From the IMG/VR virus record IMGVR_UViG_3300039171_000040, positions 1 to 64,000 of that record: DNA of 64,000 bases; one strand, 5' to 3'. Source of the stretch: an uncultured virus (IMG/VR IMGVR_UViG_3300039171_000040) (Duplodnaviria; Heunggongvirae; Uroviricota; Caudoviricetes). This document shows positions 1-10,105 of the stretch, in pieces; the first letter of the stretch is position 1; every line of letters begins with the position of its first letter. The notes beneath the pieces were generated by a model. It ran no database searches and was not told where the DNA came from. It was given only the letters and a program-made list of their open reading frames with translations. Made by a program: the position numbers and the translations under genes.

Positions 1-1449
1 TGCTAATATAGCTGTATCTTTAGAATCATTGAATGTATTAAACCAAAGAATATATGCCGCAGTAGTCTGTGTATTGTGTGTTGGTATTAGAGTTTCGCCA
101 CAAACAAACATATGATCATCATCATCAACCGTCAAACATTGCATATAAACCTTTTCTTCTTTTTCTAGTTTTTTATAAGAAGATAGATATATTCTTTCGT
201 TTTTGGGATGTGATTTGCAATTAGCTTGCCTTTCTAATTTTCTTGGGAGTTTGAATATCTCAAATTTATCAACAGGTACAGTAAATGATAGTGTATAATA
301 AGGATCACCATAACCACTAATATACTTTTCTCTGATTCTTGATTTAATACCAAGTGTAGATAGTATAAGGCGAACTTTATCTATAATCGCTTTATCTTTT
401 TGATAAAACTCACAAGCACCATACTCACTACAATGTCCATCTGAATCCATTAACCCACGAATGAGTTCCAATCTCACTTCTTTAGAATTATAGATGTAAT
501 TTTCTGGAATGTGTTTATTATTGGTTAAATTTGATAATCTAAGTTCTTTGTGTAACCCATCTACTCTAAATCTACCAGTGTGTGTTGTTCTTTTGTCTAG
601 TGTAAATTTATCATCTTTTGTAACATTGACAACAGACTTATAAAAATTAAAATCATCAAGATGACTACTAATAGAGCCGCCTTGAGAATCTCCATCACCA
701 ATCCATAGTCCCAAAGTATAAGGGTCAATCGAAACAGGTTTATGATCAAATTCTAAAGGATTTGTAATATCAATCCATAAACTACCGGATTTTTTATTTT
801 TTCTAACATTATCAAATTCAGAAATCATATATTCTGTATTGCGTACATATTCAAATTTGTTCTTGTTTGATGATTTAAACGCCCATAGATGCTCACCACA
901 AGCTTTTATTGTTTGTCCATTATCAAAAGTAAGCTCATATTGATTCATATCATTACGTTGTTCACTTATGAACGTAATATCAGTCGTCTTTCCATTTCTA
1001 CCGTAAATTTTATCACCAACTTTAAGATCACCATTTTTAACAAACCCGTTTGGTGTCATAATTGGTGTATCAAGATCAATCATTTTACCACTTTGGCGAG
1101 ACTGCAAAGTTATTATAAATCTGTTTTTTTGATACTTATCCAGTAATTCTTCTTGAAAGTCATACAAATCAAAAGGAATCACACCATCATCAATTGATAT
1201 TATTTTTATATATTTTCTAGTAAAATAGGCACAATTATTCATACACTTAATGTATTCAAGTTTTTGCATCAATGAGTATTCTGGCTTTTCTTTCTTATTA
1301 AGAATATGCTCATTTTTTTGATAATAGTAAGCAGGGCCAAGAAATATATCATCAACTTGAACACTATAAGTATTCTTTCTGATATATTTCTTGACAAGAG
1401 TTCTATTTTCTTTTACAAATTCTCTTACATTAAATGGATGTATTTGCAT
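1..1449 (-). CDS. terL: Terminase large subunit (gp17-like), intein-containing, runs off window start
   Basis: Manual translation from ATG at 1449: ..EYIKCMNNCAYFTRKYIKIISIDDGVIPFDLYDFQEELL..ITLQSRQSGK/intein/TQTTAAYILWF..TAILA. Lies directly downstream of gp16. Confidence 0.95.
   Translation of the reverse strand, partial: MQIHPFNVREFVKENRTLVKKYIRKNTYSVQVDDIFLGPAYYYQKNEHILNKKEKPEYSLMQKLEYIKCMNNCAYFTRKYIKIISIDDGVIPFDLYDFQEELLDKYQKNRFIITLQSRQSGKMIDLDTPIMTPNGFVKNGDLKVGDKIYGRNGKTTDITFISEQRNDMNQYELTFDNGQTIKACGEHLWAFKSSNKNKFEYVRNTEYMISEFDNVRKNKKSGSLWIDITNPLEFDHKPVSIDPYTLGLWIGDGDSQGGSISSHLDDFNFYKSVVNVTKDDKFTLDKRTTHTGRFRVDGLHKELRLSNLTNNKHIPENYIYNSKEVRLELIRGLMDSDGHCSEYGACEFYQKDKAIIDKVRLILSTLGIKSRIREKYISGYGDPYYTLSFTVPVDKFEIFKLPRKLERQANCKSHPKNERIYLSSYKKLEKEEKVYMQCLTVDDDDHMFVCGETLIPTHNTQTTAAYILWFNTFNDSKDTAILA
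73..1083 (-). mobile_element. Class 3 intein (337 aa) with LAGLIDADG homing endonuclease, inserted in TerL Walker A
   Basis: Starts MIDLDTPIMTPNG; block B ACGEHLW; LAGLIDADG blocks YTLGLWIGDG and LIRGLMDSDG; block F VYMQCLTV; ends LIPTHN followed by Thr+1. Confidence 0.93.
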
Positions 1450-1451
1450 TA

Positions 1452-1943
1452 TTATTTTTTGTCATCGTCATCTAGGTCATCTAGAAGATCATCGACACCC
1501 TTTGGTTGTTTCTCGTTGTAGAAATTGTTTTGTGTGTTATGAACTGTGCTAGGAGTAGATACAGCACCTTTCTCATTTTCCAGATGTTTGTGTAGCTCCA
1601 TGAGGTCTTTGCTCATTTCTGAAATATTTTTCATCAGTGTGCTAGAGACTTCAAACGCTCTCGGATGCTCTGATTCCTTAGCAAGCATTAGAGAGCCTTC
1701 TAACGCGCTTGTACCACGTTCTATCAAACCCCTAAGAACCGTCCTAGTGTAATTGTAATCATCGTATACATCACTCTCACGCTGTTCTACAGGCACTTTG
1801 GATGTAACAGGACTATATTCAACCAAATCGAATCTTTCACGAGGTATTGATTCGTCATCCAGACCATCTAAATGAGAATCAACATCATGCTCAATTCCAA
1901 TAAAGGCTTCAATGTCTTTGTTGATTTTATCTCGCTTGCTCAT
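1452..1943 (-). CDS. terS: Terminase small subunit (gp16-like)
   Basis: DYNYTR..LIERG..AL..AKESEHPRAFEV motif; adjacent to terL. Confidence 0.9.
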   Translation of the reverse strand: MSKRDKINKDIEAFIGIEHDVDSHLDGLDDESIPRERFDLVEYSPVTSKVPVEQRESDVYDDYNYTRTVLRGLIERGTSALEGSLMLAKESEHPRAFEVSSTLMKNISEMSKDLMELHKHLENEKGAVSTPSTVHNTQNNFYNEKQPKGVDDLLDDLDDDDKK

Positions 1944-2620
1944 GGTATGATATCCGTTTCTAAAATTGTGTCAGGATCGTTTAAATCGTAATAGTTTAGG
2001 GTGATGCTTTGGATAACACCTTGGTTGCTTGTTGGCATGTACAAGAATCCCTCTACATCAAAATTGAATGTAGATATCAGTGTTTTTTCATCTTCCATTT
2101 GCCCCTCATAATCATCTGCTAAACTAGAATCTGTCATCATAACATTCAAAGAAGTTTCAATACCCAAATCTGGGTTCTCTGTGATGTTGATATTCAATGA
2201 CGGATTAAACCACGCCGCGATTTGTTCCATTATCTGAAACATATCGTCGAGGTTTTTTGTCCCTACAGTTACTTGGTAGTTGAAAATATAAGGAACTCTG
2301 TTAAGCTGTTTGTTAACTGTGTTTACTTGTGTTCTGTCAATTTGTTGATACATCAAGTCATGTTTGTTTTGGATTCTTTGTGGGTCACGACTCCAACCAG
2401 TAAGAACAAAACCGATTCTTGGAAACTTTACTTTAATGTGGGCATTAGTTTCTTCATACTTTTGTGTAATATCAAACTTTTGTCTGGATGAATAAGACAA
2501 AGGAATTTTAATTTTCTTTCCGTCACTTCTCACAATATAGATGTTGTTAAATATCGTACCAAATGCGGCTGTGTATGTTCTAATAGAATTATGATAAAAG
2601 TGTTGGTCTAAAGCTGCCAT
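1940..2620 (-). CDS. gp15: Tail sheath stabilizer/terminator gp15
   Basis: HFYHNSIR..FGTIFNNI..KIPLSY..PRIGF..QIMEQI..FNP; synteny. Confidence 0.92.
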   Translation of the reverse strand: MAALDQHFYHNSIRTYTAAFGTIFNNIYIVRSDGKKIKIPLSYSSRQKFDITQKYEETNAHIKVKFPRIGFVLTGWSRDPQRIQNKHDLMYQQIDRTQVNTVNKQLNRVPYIFNYQVTVGTKNLDDMFQIMEQIAAWFNPSLNINITENPDLGIETSLNVMMTDSSLADDYEGQMEDEKTLISTFNFDVEGFLYMPTSNQGVIQSITLNYYDLNDPDTILETDIIP

Positions 2621-2621
2621 A

Positions 2622-3272
2622 TTATTTTACCCCAAATGGGTCATTTTCGTTAAAATCAACAAACGTATCACTCTCTGTTTGAATTTCATCATTCTTTCCG
2701 TATTCTTCTGTTTCTGTTTCAGGATCATAATACATAAGATCTTTGTTAATCAGATCATCAATTGTTGAATCACCTGTTTCAAAACTCTCATAAGAGAATT
2801 CGAACGTTTCTGTCTTAACTTCCCAGATGTATTGTTTACCAAGCTCATAAAACGGACTCTCATCCTCTACATGCTTGATTTCAAGAAATGATCGAGTGAT
2901 GGGTAGGTATAAAAGATCACCCACCATAGGCTTTGTAATGCTTTGTGGTTGAAGTTCTTCTGCAAATCGAGACTTGCTAACAAGGAATGTAGCTGTATCT
3001 TTGATTTCAAAACCAATTGTGGTGATCATGTCGCCACCACCACCAAACCCATCAACATTAGCAGGGTACATTTCTATGGTATAAGAACCATTAAAAGCAG
3101 AACTAGGGTCTTCACCAAACAAGTAATCATAATCAACCAGTGTTCGAGGAAGATAATTCATATCCACCCCTTTCATCTGGATAGCCTCAACAACAAGATC
3201 ATCTTGTAGGTCTTGTTCGCTTGTTTCGTTGTAATTACTAACGTATTGATTAATCATATAAGTAGCACACAT
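2622..3272 (-). CDS. gp14: Neck protein gp14 (start may be 3257)
   Basis: EQDL..DLVVEAIQMKG..YLPR..FGED..GDLLYLP..FYELGK..FSYE motifs. Confidence 0.92.
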   Translation of the reverse strand: MCATYMINQYVSNYNETSEQDLQDDLVVEAIQMKGVDMNYLPRTLVDYDYLFGEDPSSAFNGSYTIEMYPANVDGFGGGGDMITTIGFEIKDTATFLVSKSRFAEELQPQSITKPMVGDLLYLPITRSFLEIKHVEDESPFYELGKQYIWEVKTETFEFSYESFETGDSTIDDLINKDLMYYDPETETEEYGKNDEIQTESDTFVDFNENDPFGVK

Positions 3273-3357
3273 TTGTGGTGTTTATACTTCTATTTATAAC
3301 AGATATAAAAAAGGGCCAAAAGAGGCCCATAAGTTTATTTTTATTATATTTTTGTTT

Positions 3358-3603
3358 TTATATTTTTGCCAGATAATCAAAACCAAGATGACCAAGTATA
3401 ATAGAAGCAAACACAGCGCACTGAGTAATGATAATAGCATTAAACTGTTCTAAAATATTTGCTTGATCTAAGCTCATATACAAACTACCGATCATATAAA
3501 ACAGGCATATGAATATAAGAAAAACAAAAGACGTAATAGCCGCGTTTCTTCTGAATTTTCTCTTTTTTATATCAAGTGTTGTTTGTTCTGTATTGTCTAA
3601 CAT
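3358..3603 (-). CDS. Small two-TM membrane protein, holin candidate
   Basis: Basic N-terminus, two hydrophobic segments, own TATAAATA late promoter (3638-3645), near endolysin. Confidence 0.45.
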   Translation of the reverse strand: MLDNTEQTTLDIKKRKFRRNAAITSFVFLIFICLFYMIGSLYMSLDQANILEQFNAIIITQCAVFASIILGHLGFDYLAKI

Positions 3604-3666
3604 TGTTTACTCATAATATTTGCCATCTACAAGTGTATATTTATAAAAGTTAACCGACTAAGAAGT

Positions 3667-4398
3667 CTAGCCTGTGAAAAAATCAACTGGCTCAGAATAT
3701 TTTGTCAGTAGCTCTTGATCAAGTATTTCAATTTCTGCTATAGCCTCATCATAAAACTGTTGACCATTTACAGTAACACCACCCAACAACTGAACATCAC
3801 CATGCTTTTTCATGTTGTTGCCCCATTGCATCTTGATTAGCGCAGTAGCATACTTCTTTAACCAAATATCAGTGTAGATGCTTTTGTGAAGTTCTGGGTC
3901 AATTATTCTAAACACTCTCAAACCAATAACACTATCTACAGGTAAATCGGAGAAGCCATTATACAATTGAACCTTGTTCATAAATCGTGTATGTTCAATT
4001 CTAGGGCTTGCATTCACCATATCATGAACTTGATTGATGTTGGTTATTGCCATGAAGTAATTAACCATATCAAGCGTTTGAAAAGGTGATAAATTCTGAA
4101 TAGCAAATTTGTACTGATAAGAAAACATATCATTGGTAGTCATTCCCAAATTCATAGTTTCAACAACAGTTAGAATATCGTCAGAAATGGTTAGATATCC
4201 ATTATCAATATCATCTTGTACTATCTTATACGCAAGCCAAGTTTCTTCGGTTCCATCATAATGTTCTTCCTGAAATCGTTCAAGCGCATCATCAATACGA
4301 TCTTCAACTTGTGTGTCGCTGCAATTTATTTTTATTACACCCGAACCCAGTTTTCTTAAACAATATTGTTTGAAATCATTTCTATTAAGAATTGCCAT
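3667..4398 (-). CDS. gp13: Neck protein gp13
   Basis: YCLRKLG..INCSDTQVEDRIDDAL..WLKKYATALIKMQWG.N..K..LLGGVTVNG motifs. Confidence 0.93.
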   Translation of the reverse strand: MAILNRNDFKQYCLRKLGSGVIKINCSDTQVEDRIDDALERFQEEHYDGTEETWLAYKIVQDDIDNGYLTISDDILTVVETMNLGMTTNDMFSYQYKFAIQNLSPFQTLDMVNYFMAITNINQVHDMVNASPRIEHTRFMNKVQLYNGFSDLPVDSVIGLRVFRIIDPELHKSIYTDIWLKKYATALIKMQWGNNMKKHGDVQLLGGVTVNGQQFYDEAIAEIEILDQELLTKYSEPVDFFTG

Positions 4399-4931
4399 TA
4401 GAAGCTCACTCTATTTTTGAACCAGCCATACATAAACGTTTCGTCTTTTTCTCTTCGTTCTGCAAGATCTATGTAAAAAGCACCCTGCAAAGAGTTGAGC
4501 ATTTTATAAAGAACTTTATCACCGCGCTTAGAATAAATGGCTTTTAGGCTTTTTAGTGTGTTTCCACCAACTAAACCATCAACACCAATATCAGGAGTGA
4601 TAGATTGTTTGTTGTTTAGTACGTTTAAAGACCTCTGTAAGAAGGTTCCTGCTCTAGCCCTACCCATGTTTACACCAGTGTCAAACATCTCGTGAGCGAT
4701 GTCGTATGAGATCACAGACACATCATCAAGCATCAGCTTATCCCAAAATTGTGTTTTGTAGATTTGTTTAGCTTTGCTTAGAGGCATGTCTTTCATGCGA
4801 CCAACATACCCATACCTTCGAGCCAATTGTTCAGTAATTCCGTACTTGGTTTTTCCACCCGAGTCAAAAGGGTTATCGGAATAACCACCTTCAACCAGAA
4901 TGATATGATCAAATGCTTTTTCAAATCCCAT
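4398..4931 (-). CDS. Endolysin, glycoside hydrolase family 108 with peptidoglycan-binding domain
   Basis: EGGYSDNPFDSGGKTKYGIT, FDTGVNMG, VDGLVG and F.YGWF.NR motifs; probable start MGFEKAF at 4931. Confidence 0.9.
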   Translation of the reverse strand: MGFEKAFDHIILVEGGYSDNPFDSGGKTKYGITEQLARRYGYVGRMKDMPLSKAKQIYKTQFWDKLMLDDVSVISYDIAHEMFDTGVNMGRARAGTFLQRSLNVLNNKQSITPDIGVDGLVGGNTLKSLKAIYSKRGDKVLYKMLNSLQGAFYIDLAERREKDETFMYGWFKNRVSF

Positions 4932-5124
4932 CTTTTTCTGCCATCCTTTTGATGATTGATTCAAGGTATTCGATTCTTTCTTCAAGACTTTGTTGTTTCT
5001 GTCTTTCTTTAAGAATTCTTCTTTTGTTAGCCTTAGCCAATTCGTAAGAATTTTTATCATTGTTTATTATAGCCCCTGAATCTGGGTCTTTATACAAGTT
5101 CTCTTTACCTTCTACCCTATGCAT
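4921..5124 (-). CDS. Small conserved T4-like virion-region protein with C-terminal coiled coil
   Basis: MHRVEGKENLYKDPDSGAIIN motif; GGGGA RBS upstream. Confidence 0.65.
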   Translation of the reverse strand: MHRVEGKENLYKDPDSGAIINNDKNSYELAKANKRRILKERQKQQSLEERIEYLESIIKRMAEKDGI

Positions 5125-5137
5125 TGTCTGATCCCCT

Positions 5138-8100
5138 TTAGGAGAAGTCAGACAATGCAATGACGCGAAGACGCTTGCATGTTGGGTAAAATACCGCACT
5201 TTCAGATTTCAATTGGATCATGATCTGATAGAATGAAAATTCTGAAAACCCAGTCTTCTCATATTGATACTCATAAAAGTTGTTACCATCAGATGGGGTG
5301 TCAACCGTTGTGTTTGGAATTTCTACCCATACAGAATCTTGAAGCTCTTCTTCACTGTTGGCTACTCTCGCAGATATAATAACATTGGATGAATTAACAC
5401 TCTTAATGTCAAGAAATATCTTAAACATATCAGAAGGACTATCCAAAGGATTCACTCGTGTTCTGTAGTTTGCCCAATTATTGGAACCATCTGCTTCTGT
5501 GGTTTGATTGTATGTAACTTGTGAGAATGGTGTGATAACACTAGCACCACTCATATCAATCACAGGAGAAACGTTTTCGTTTGTAGATGTCAATTCCATA
5601 AGCATTTTAAACGTTCGTTGATTGCTTGCATTGAAAACTTCATCGTTTCTGTTAGTTATCAACAATGGAAAACTAACTTGGTTGATAGTTTCATTATCAA
5701 CAGGACTATAAAGAGATTGAACAGCATAAGGTGTTTCTGAGCCATTAATGGACTTACCAGTGGTTCCCTTTGCAAAAAACGCAACATTAGTATCTGTCAA
5801 GTCAATCACAGGAATGTTTGGATTGATCAAAGAAGCCTGAATGGTGTCTGAAACCTCAACAGAACCCCCACCAATATCACCGCTAGTATCCGCAACACTT
5901 ATTACTGTTATTTTAACCCGATTAGGATCAAGAACTTCAATAACAGTATGTGAATCATTCAATTCATTAGCTGTGATGTTATTCGCTGCCGTAGCTCCCG
6001 TAATGGTAAGTTGAGTACCCAATACATAGTTATGATTTTCACGATTAACAATAACATCACTAGAACCAAGTTCTGTAGTAATAGGATTACTTGGAAGCCT
6101 GATCATAGCAAGGTCTTTGTTTTCTGTTACCACAATACCAGTCACGCTAGTATCAAACTTAGCAACAAAAATTTCAAATTGTAAATCAGCTTGTTGATCT
6201 TCTGTCCAAGTCGAGTTATTCTGAGACTTGAAAAGAACACCAGCATAAGGTTGTCTAACAATAAACTGATCAGTTTGTAGGTCTTGCTTACCCATACGAC
6301 CAATATAAGCATTGTATGCATTAGAGTTTGACATCAACACAAAGCAATACTCGTTTCCGTCCTCAAGATAAACAGGATGATCAAATTCAAACGTGGTTGG
6401 TGTTGTCGCATCTGTTGTGAGAGTGACCTCAGATGGATTCAAAAGCTTTTCACCACCGGGAACCATTCTCTGTGTTGGGAAGCCATTTTCCATTTCACGA
6501 ATTTGAATAGCTACAGGAACATTATCATCCTTTGTACTAAAGAATGTGTTGATTTTAGTAACAAACATACCACCTTTTCTTTCGACTAAGAAAGATTGAG
6601 CTAATGGATCACTCCATACACGTCTGGTCAATCTTGTGTTTGAGTTGATAGATCGTGTGGCTGTAATAGTTTGTCTTCTAATTTGTCGGGTGCCTGTTGC
6701 TGTAAACAATGACTGCGCGTATGAAGTAGACAACTGTTGTTGATTATCCACTTCATCAGTAGCAATAACCGTTTTCTCACCAGTTCTAAAGCTTTGTACG
6801 TCATTGTTTGGAATTTTGAAAGTAGCATTGAAAGAACCGTTCGCATCAGCAAAAACAGGATCGCCAAAGTTTCCACCATCAGGCTTAACATAAGCGTCAA
6901 TACTTGTTTCATCAAAAAAGAAGTACATGATAGAATTAGGTCTATTACCCTTACCAGCCAAATCAACATCAATGCTACGCATAAACGGAATGACAGATGT
7001 ATCAATAACTCGATCATTAACCACATCAATATTGGTTCTGTTGGTTGTGGTGGTTCTGAAAGTATCAGTGGTTCTCATACGGAAACCACGATTTCTGTTC
7101 CACACAGTATGTGGTGCAGAAGTTCTACTAAAATCTCTGGTTTCTGTAGTGGATGAACCTGTCCAACTTAGCTGCCATGACTTCCATGACTGAGTAAGTT
7201 GACCGTTATTAAAGATACGATACGTTACTTCTGGGGCTTTGTAGTGTGTATCAATCCAAGAATCCATTGATGGAGTCAGTTTTAGCGTACCTGTCCATCT
7301 GTAGATAGCATATGGATTAACGTTCATAGTTTCTGAACTTAGATTCTGTCTTACATAAGAAACATGATCGTATGGCAAAGTAATAATGTCATCATTGATA
7401 ACAACATTACTGGATTCTGAACTCACATACTGCAAGTCAATTGCGTTCAAAGAAAATTCAGGGCGTATTTCGCCAGCTTCGTCAGAGATTGCTACGTGAT
7501 AACCTTCCCATGAAAAATCAGCCACACCATGATCAATAAACCGATCTGTCAAAAATCCATTCTTAAATCTGTTTGCGCCAGTCACTGGATCAGCAACCTG
7601 TGTAGCATCAGCCTCTTGCTCCAAAAGCGTAAGGCTAACATAATATTCAACGTTAGAAAGACGAGTTTCAATATTACCGATATCACTCATGGTATAACGG
7701 CGATTATTGACCCTCTCAGCCTGTACGTCAGAGATATTGAACGTATAAGGGGGAACGTATAGTGTGTATAGAACCATTGCCTCAGAAGGGTCTGAGGGCG
7801 CTGTTGGTTCAATAGAGGGAATACCTTTCTTAACACCAAAATCACCACTAGCATTCAAATATACTTTGTCAATACGCTTCAAGTAATGTTCAAGGTCTGC
7901 TCTGATAATAGTAAATGGTGTCGGAATATTACCAACGGAAGAACCAGTACCAGTAAAACCAGTCCCTGCATCATTAATACGGGGTCTAAAGTCAAGAACA
8001 TCAGACAAACGAGTACCATTTTCTGTTTGGATATCTTCATAGGCAATATCCACGTAAGAATCAGGGCCAAAGTAATCACCAGAACCATGTGAAAAGAAAT

Positions 8101-10033
8101 CAAAGGTTACAGTGATTGGTTGGCTTATGGTAGATGAAGTGGATACCGTAGAGATGTCATAAAATGACTGTGTTTTGTTGGTGTTTAGTGTAAACAAGCT
8201 AGTAACATCGTTTGAGTCATTATCTATAACAGAAACAATATTGTAAGCATCAGCTTTTCCAAGTGACAACACACCAGAAGTTAAACTTCCTGTAATAGTA
8301 ATTGTTTGCTTGCTCTTGATCTTCTGAACAACTTCCTGTTTAGCAACTTGTAGATTTACACGAATAGGGCGTGAAGCATTACCAACACCCAAGGAAATAG
8401 TAATAACTGATCCTGTTGGTGTACCGCTTAAAGTGACATTACTTGCCACATCAAAAGCTTCGTTGGTATCTGTATAATAACCAATCGCATAACGAGCATC
8501 TTGAGAAACAAAAACTTCGTTTGAATTTGCGCTGAATGTGACTTGACCGGATGTGTCGGTTGTGTTGGTCAACTGCTTAACAGAAGCATAGCTTGTGTCA
8601 GAAAACCCTGAATTGACGTTCAGAGTCTTTACAAACTCAACGTTCATAGGAAAAATCAAACTATTAAAAGAGGCTTCCTTAATAAGAGCATCAATGATAT
8701 CACAAGTAAATGATACTGTGTCTGTAGAATCAATGACGGTTGCGCTTGAAATAAATGAGGTAGTACGAAGACCTGCAACATTCTTTATGTTGAACAGGTA
8801 CAACCTAAACACACCAGATGTTGTTTCTGAAATAAAACGAATTCTAGCAGTACCGATAATACTACCACCTGAATCTTTAAAGTTTACAGACTGCAACGCA
8901 GTTATGCTAGGAAGTGTAGAAAGGTTTTCAACCTCAACATAATAACCAAGCCCACCAGAAATTGAACTGTTGTTGATTACACCAGTATCACGAGCTTTGT
9001 CAGCAACAATTTTTGTCTTTGAATTAGTCTCTACTCTGTAACCACGAACATACGCAATGCCGGGGTCTAACTCGATACCAAACTTAGTTTCATCAACAGA
9101 ATTGAATATTTCATTGTGTGTACCAAATCCAATCTTGTAAGATTTTACAGTGTAATCACCAGACTCTTCATATGTTCTTTGTGCTAGTGCATCACCCAAA
9201 ACACTATAATCAGGCCCACGATAAGTTTTTTGATTATTACCATTATCTACACGGAATATCTCAACATAGTTGTCTGGAATAGTTGGTAAATCGGCAAGAT
9301 CAACAACCACTAGATTTGTATCAACTTTTAGACGATGAGCGCCGGGAGCAGTAAAGTTAGTTGTGCCTTGAGCGTTATCAAATAATGAACTATCATCATT
9401 TTCAGTGACCACTACTTCATTATATTCGATACACACAGATTTTGAAGGTGTTGAACTGTATTTGTCAAGAATAACGGTTTGTTGCTCAACAAGAACAAAT
9501 CGACCTTTAATGTAATACACACCAGAATCAATAGTAAACTTTGAACCGAGTCCTGTTTCACTAATAATAGCGGTTGTGAGTTCGGTTGTACCATTAAAAA
9601 GAGTAACAACTTCTGCATCAGCAAAAGTAGATTCAAGGCCATCGGTAGATGGTTGAATATATTCTAGGAAAAATGTGGATGGGTCTGTACCGTCAGGTTG
9701 ACGAAACAGCTTGACATTTGCAGTAATACCAGATGTGCCAACGAGTCTGAGGTTAGACCCACCCAGAAACTGAACCACATTAGCAAAGTTGTCTATTGTA
9801 GCTTTGGCGTATTTTAGTTCTAGATCATAGTTGCTTTCGCCCGGAATAACAACAGACCCATCTTCAAAGACATGATCACCAAAGCGATTAATCTGCTCAT
9901 AGAACATACTTTGGATTTGATTAAGCTCACGTACTTGCACAGCGCGAGAAGGGACAAACAAGACCTCTTGAAACCCTTTATCTTCATTGTAGTCATCAAA
10001 GTACGGGCTACGTGATTTATCTACTATTGTCAT
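5138..10033 (-). CDS. Giant baseplate/tail structural protein (VrlC/DUF4815-like), 1631 aa
   Basis: SPYFDDY..LF.P.RAVQ.RELNQIQS, APGAHRLK, RTYEESGDY, DPLAQSF and LFKSQN.STWT motifs; late promoter at 10071-10078. Confidence 0.85.
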   Translation of the reverse strand: MTIVDKSRSPYFDDYNEDKGFQEVLFVPSRAVQVRELNQIQSMFYEQINRFGDHVFEDGSVVIPGESNYDLELKYAKATIDNFANVVQFLGGSNLRLVGTSGITANVKLFRQPDGTDPSTFFLEYIQPSTDGLESTFADAEVVTLFNGTTELTTAIISETGLGSKFTIDSGVYYIKGRFVLVEQQTVILDKYSSTPSKSVCIEYNEVVVTENDDSSLFDNAQGTTNFTAPGAHRLKVDTNLVVVDLADLPTIPDNYVEIFRVDNGNNQKTYRGPDYSVLGDALAQRTYEESGDYTVKSYKIGFGTHNEIFNSVDETKFGIELDPGIAYVRGYRVETNSKTKIVADKARDTGVINNSSISGGLGYYVEVENLSTLPSITALQSVNFKDSGGSIIGTARIRFISETTSGVFRLYLFNIKNVAGLRTTSFISSATVIDSTDTVSFTCDIIDALIKEASFNSLIFPMNVEFVKTLNVNSGFSDTSYASVKQLTNTTDTSGQVTFSANSNEVFVSQDARYAIGYYTDTNEAFDVASNVTLSGTPTGSVITISLGVGNASRPIRVNLQVAKQEVVQKIKSKQTITITGSLTSGVLSLGKADAYNIVSVIDNDSNDVTSLFTLNTNKTQSFYDISTVSTSSTISQPITVTFDFFSHGSGDYFGPDSYVDIAYEDIQTENGTRLSDVLDFRPRINDAGTGFTGTGSSVGNIPTPFTIIRADLEHYLKRIDKVYLNASGDFGVKKGIPSIEPTAPSDPSEAMVLYTLYVPPYTFNISDVQAERVNNRRYTMSDIGNIETRLSNVEYYVSLTLLEQEADATQVADPVTGANRFKNGFLTDRFIDHGVADFSWEGYHVAISDEAGEIRPEFSLNAIDLQYVSSESSNVVINDDIITLPYDHVSYVRQNLSSETMNVNPYAIYRWTGTLKLTPSMDSWIDTHYKAPEVTYRIFNNGQLTQSWKSWQLSWTGSSTTETRDFSRTSAPHTVWNRNRGFRMRTTDTFRTTTTNRTNIDVVNDRVIDTSVIPFMRSIDVDLAGKGNRPNSIMYFFFDETSIDAYVKPDGGNFGDPVFADANGSFNATFKIPNNDVQSFRTGEKTVIATDEVDNQQQLSTSYAQSLFTATGTRQIRRQTITATRSINSNTRLTRRVWSDPLAQSFLVERKGGMFVTKINTFFSTKDDNVPVAIQIREMENGFPTQRMVPGGEKLLNPSEVTLTTDATTPTTFEFDHPVYLEDGNEYCFVLMSNSNAYNAYIGRMGKQDLQTDQFIVRQPYAGVLFKSQNNSTWTEDQQADLQFEIFVAKFDTSVTGIVVTENKDLAMIRLPSNPITTELGSSDVIVNRENHNYVLGTQLTITGATAANNITANELNDSHTVIEVLDPNRVKITVISVADTSGDIGGGSVEVSDTIQASLINPNIPVIDLTDTNVAFFAKGTTGKSINGSETPYAVQSLYSPVDNETINQVSFPLLITNRNDEVFNASNQRTFKMLMELTSTNENVSPVIDMSGASVITPFSQVTYNQTTEADGSNNWANYRTRVNPLDSPSDMFKIFLDIKSVNSSNVIISARVANSEEELQDSVWVEIPNTTVDTPSDGNNFYEYQYEKTGFSEFSFYQIMIQLKSESAVFYPTCKRLRVIALSDFS

Positions 10034-10105
10034 TTGTAACTATCCTAATTATGATTCTGTATATACATTGTATTTATACCTTAGAATCTTAGTACAAATC
10101 GAAGT

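Noticed and set aside
73..1083. Group I intron in terL
   Set aside because: The insertion is in frame (1011 nt) with protein-splicing motifs, so it is an intein.
889..1752. Plus-strand ORFs 889..1146, 1306..1521 and 1546..1752
   Set aside because: Antisense shadows of terL/terS. The real terL frame is missing from the track because it runs off the window.
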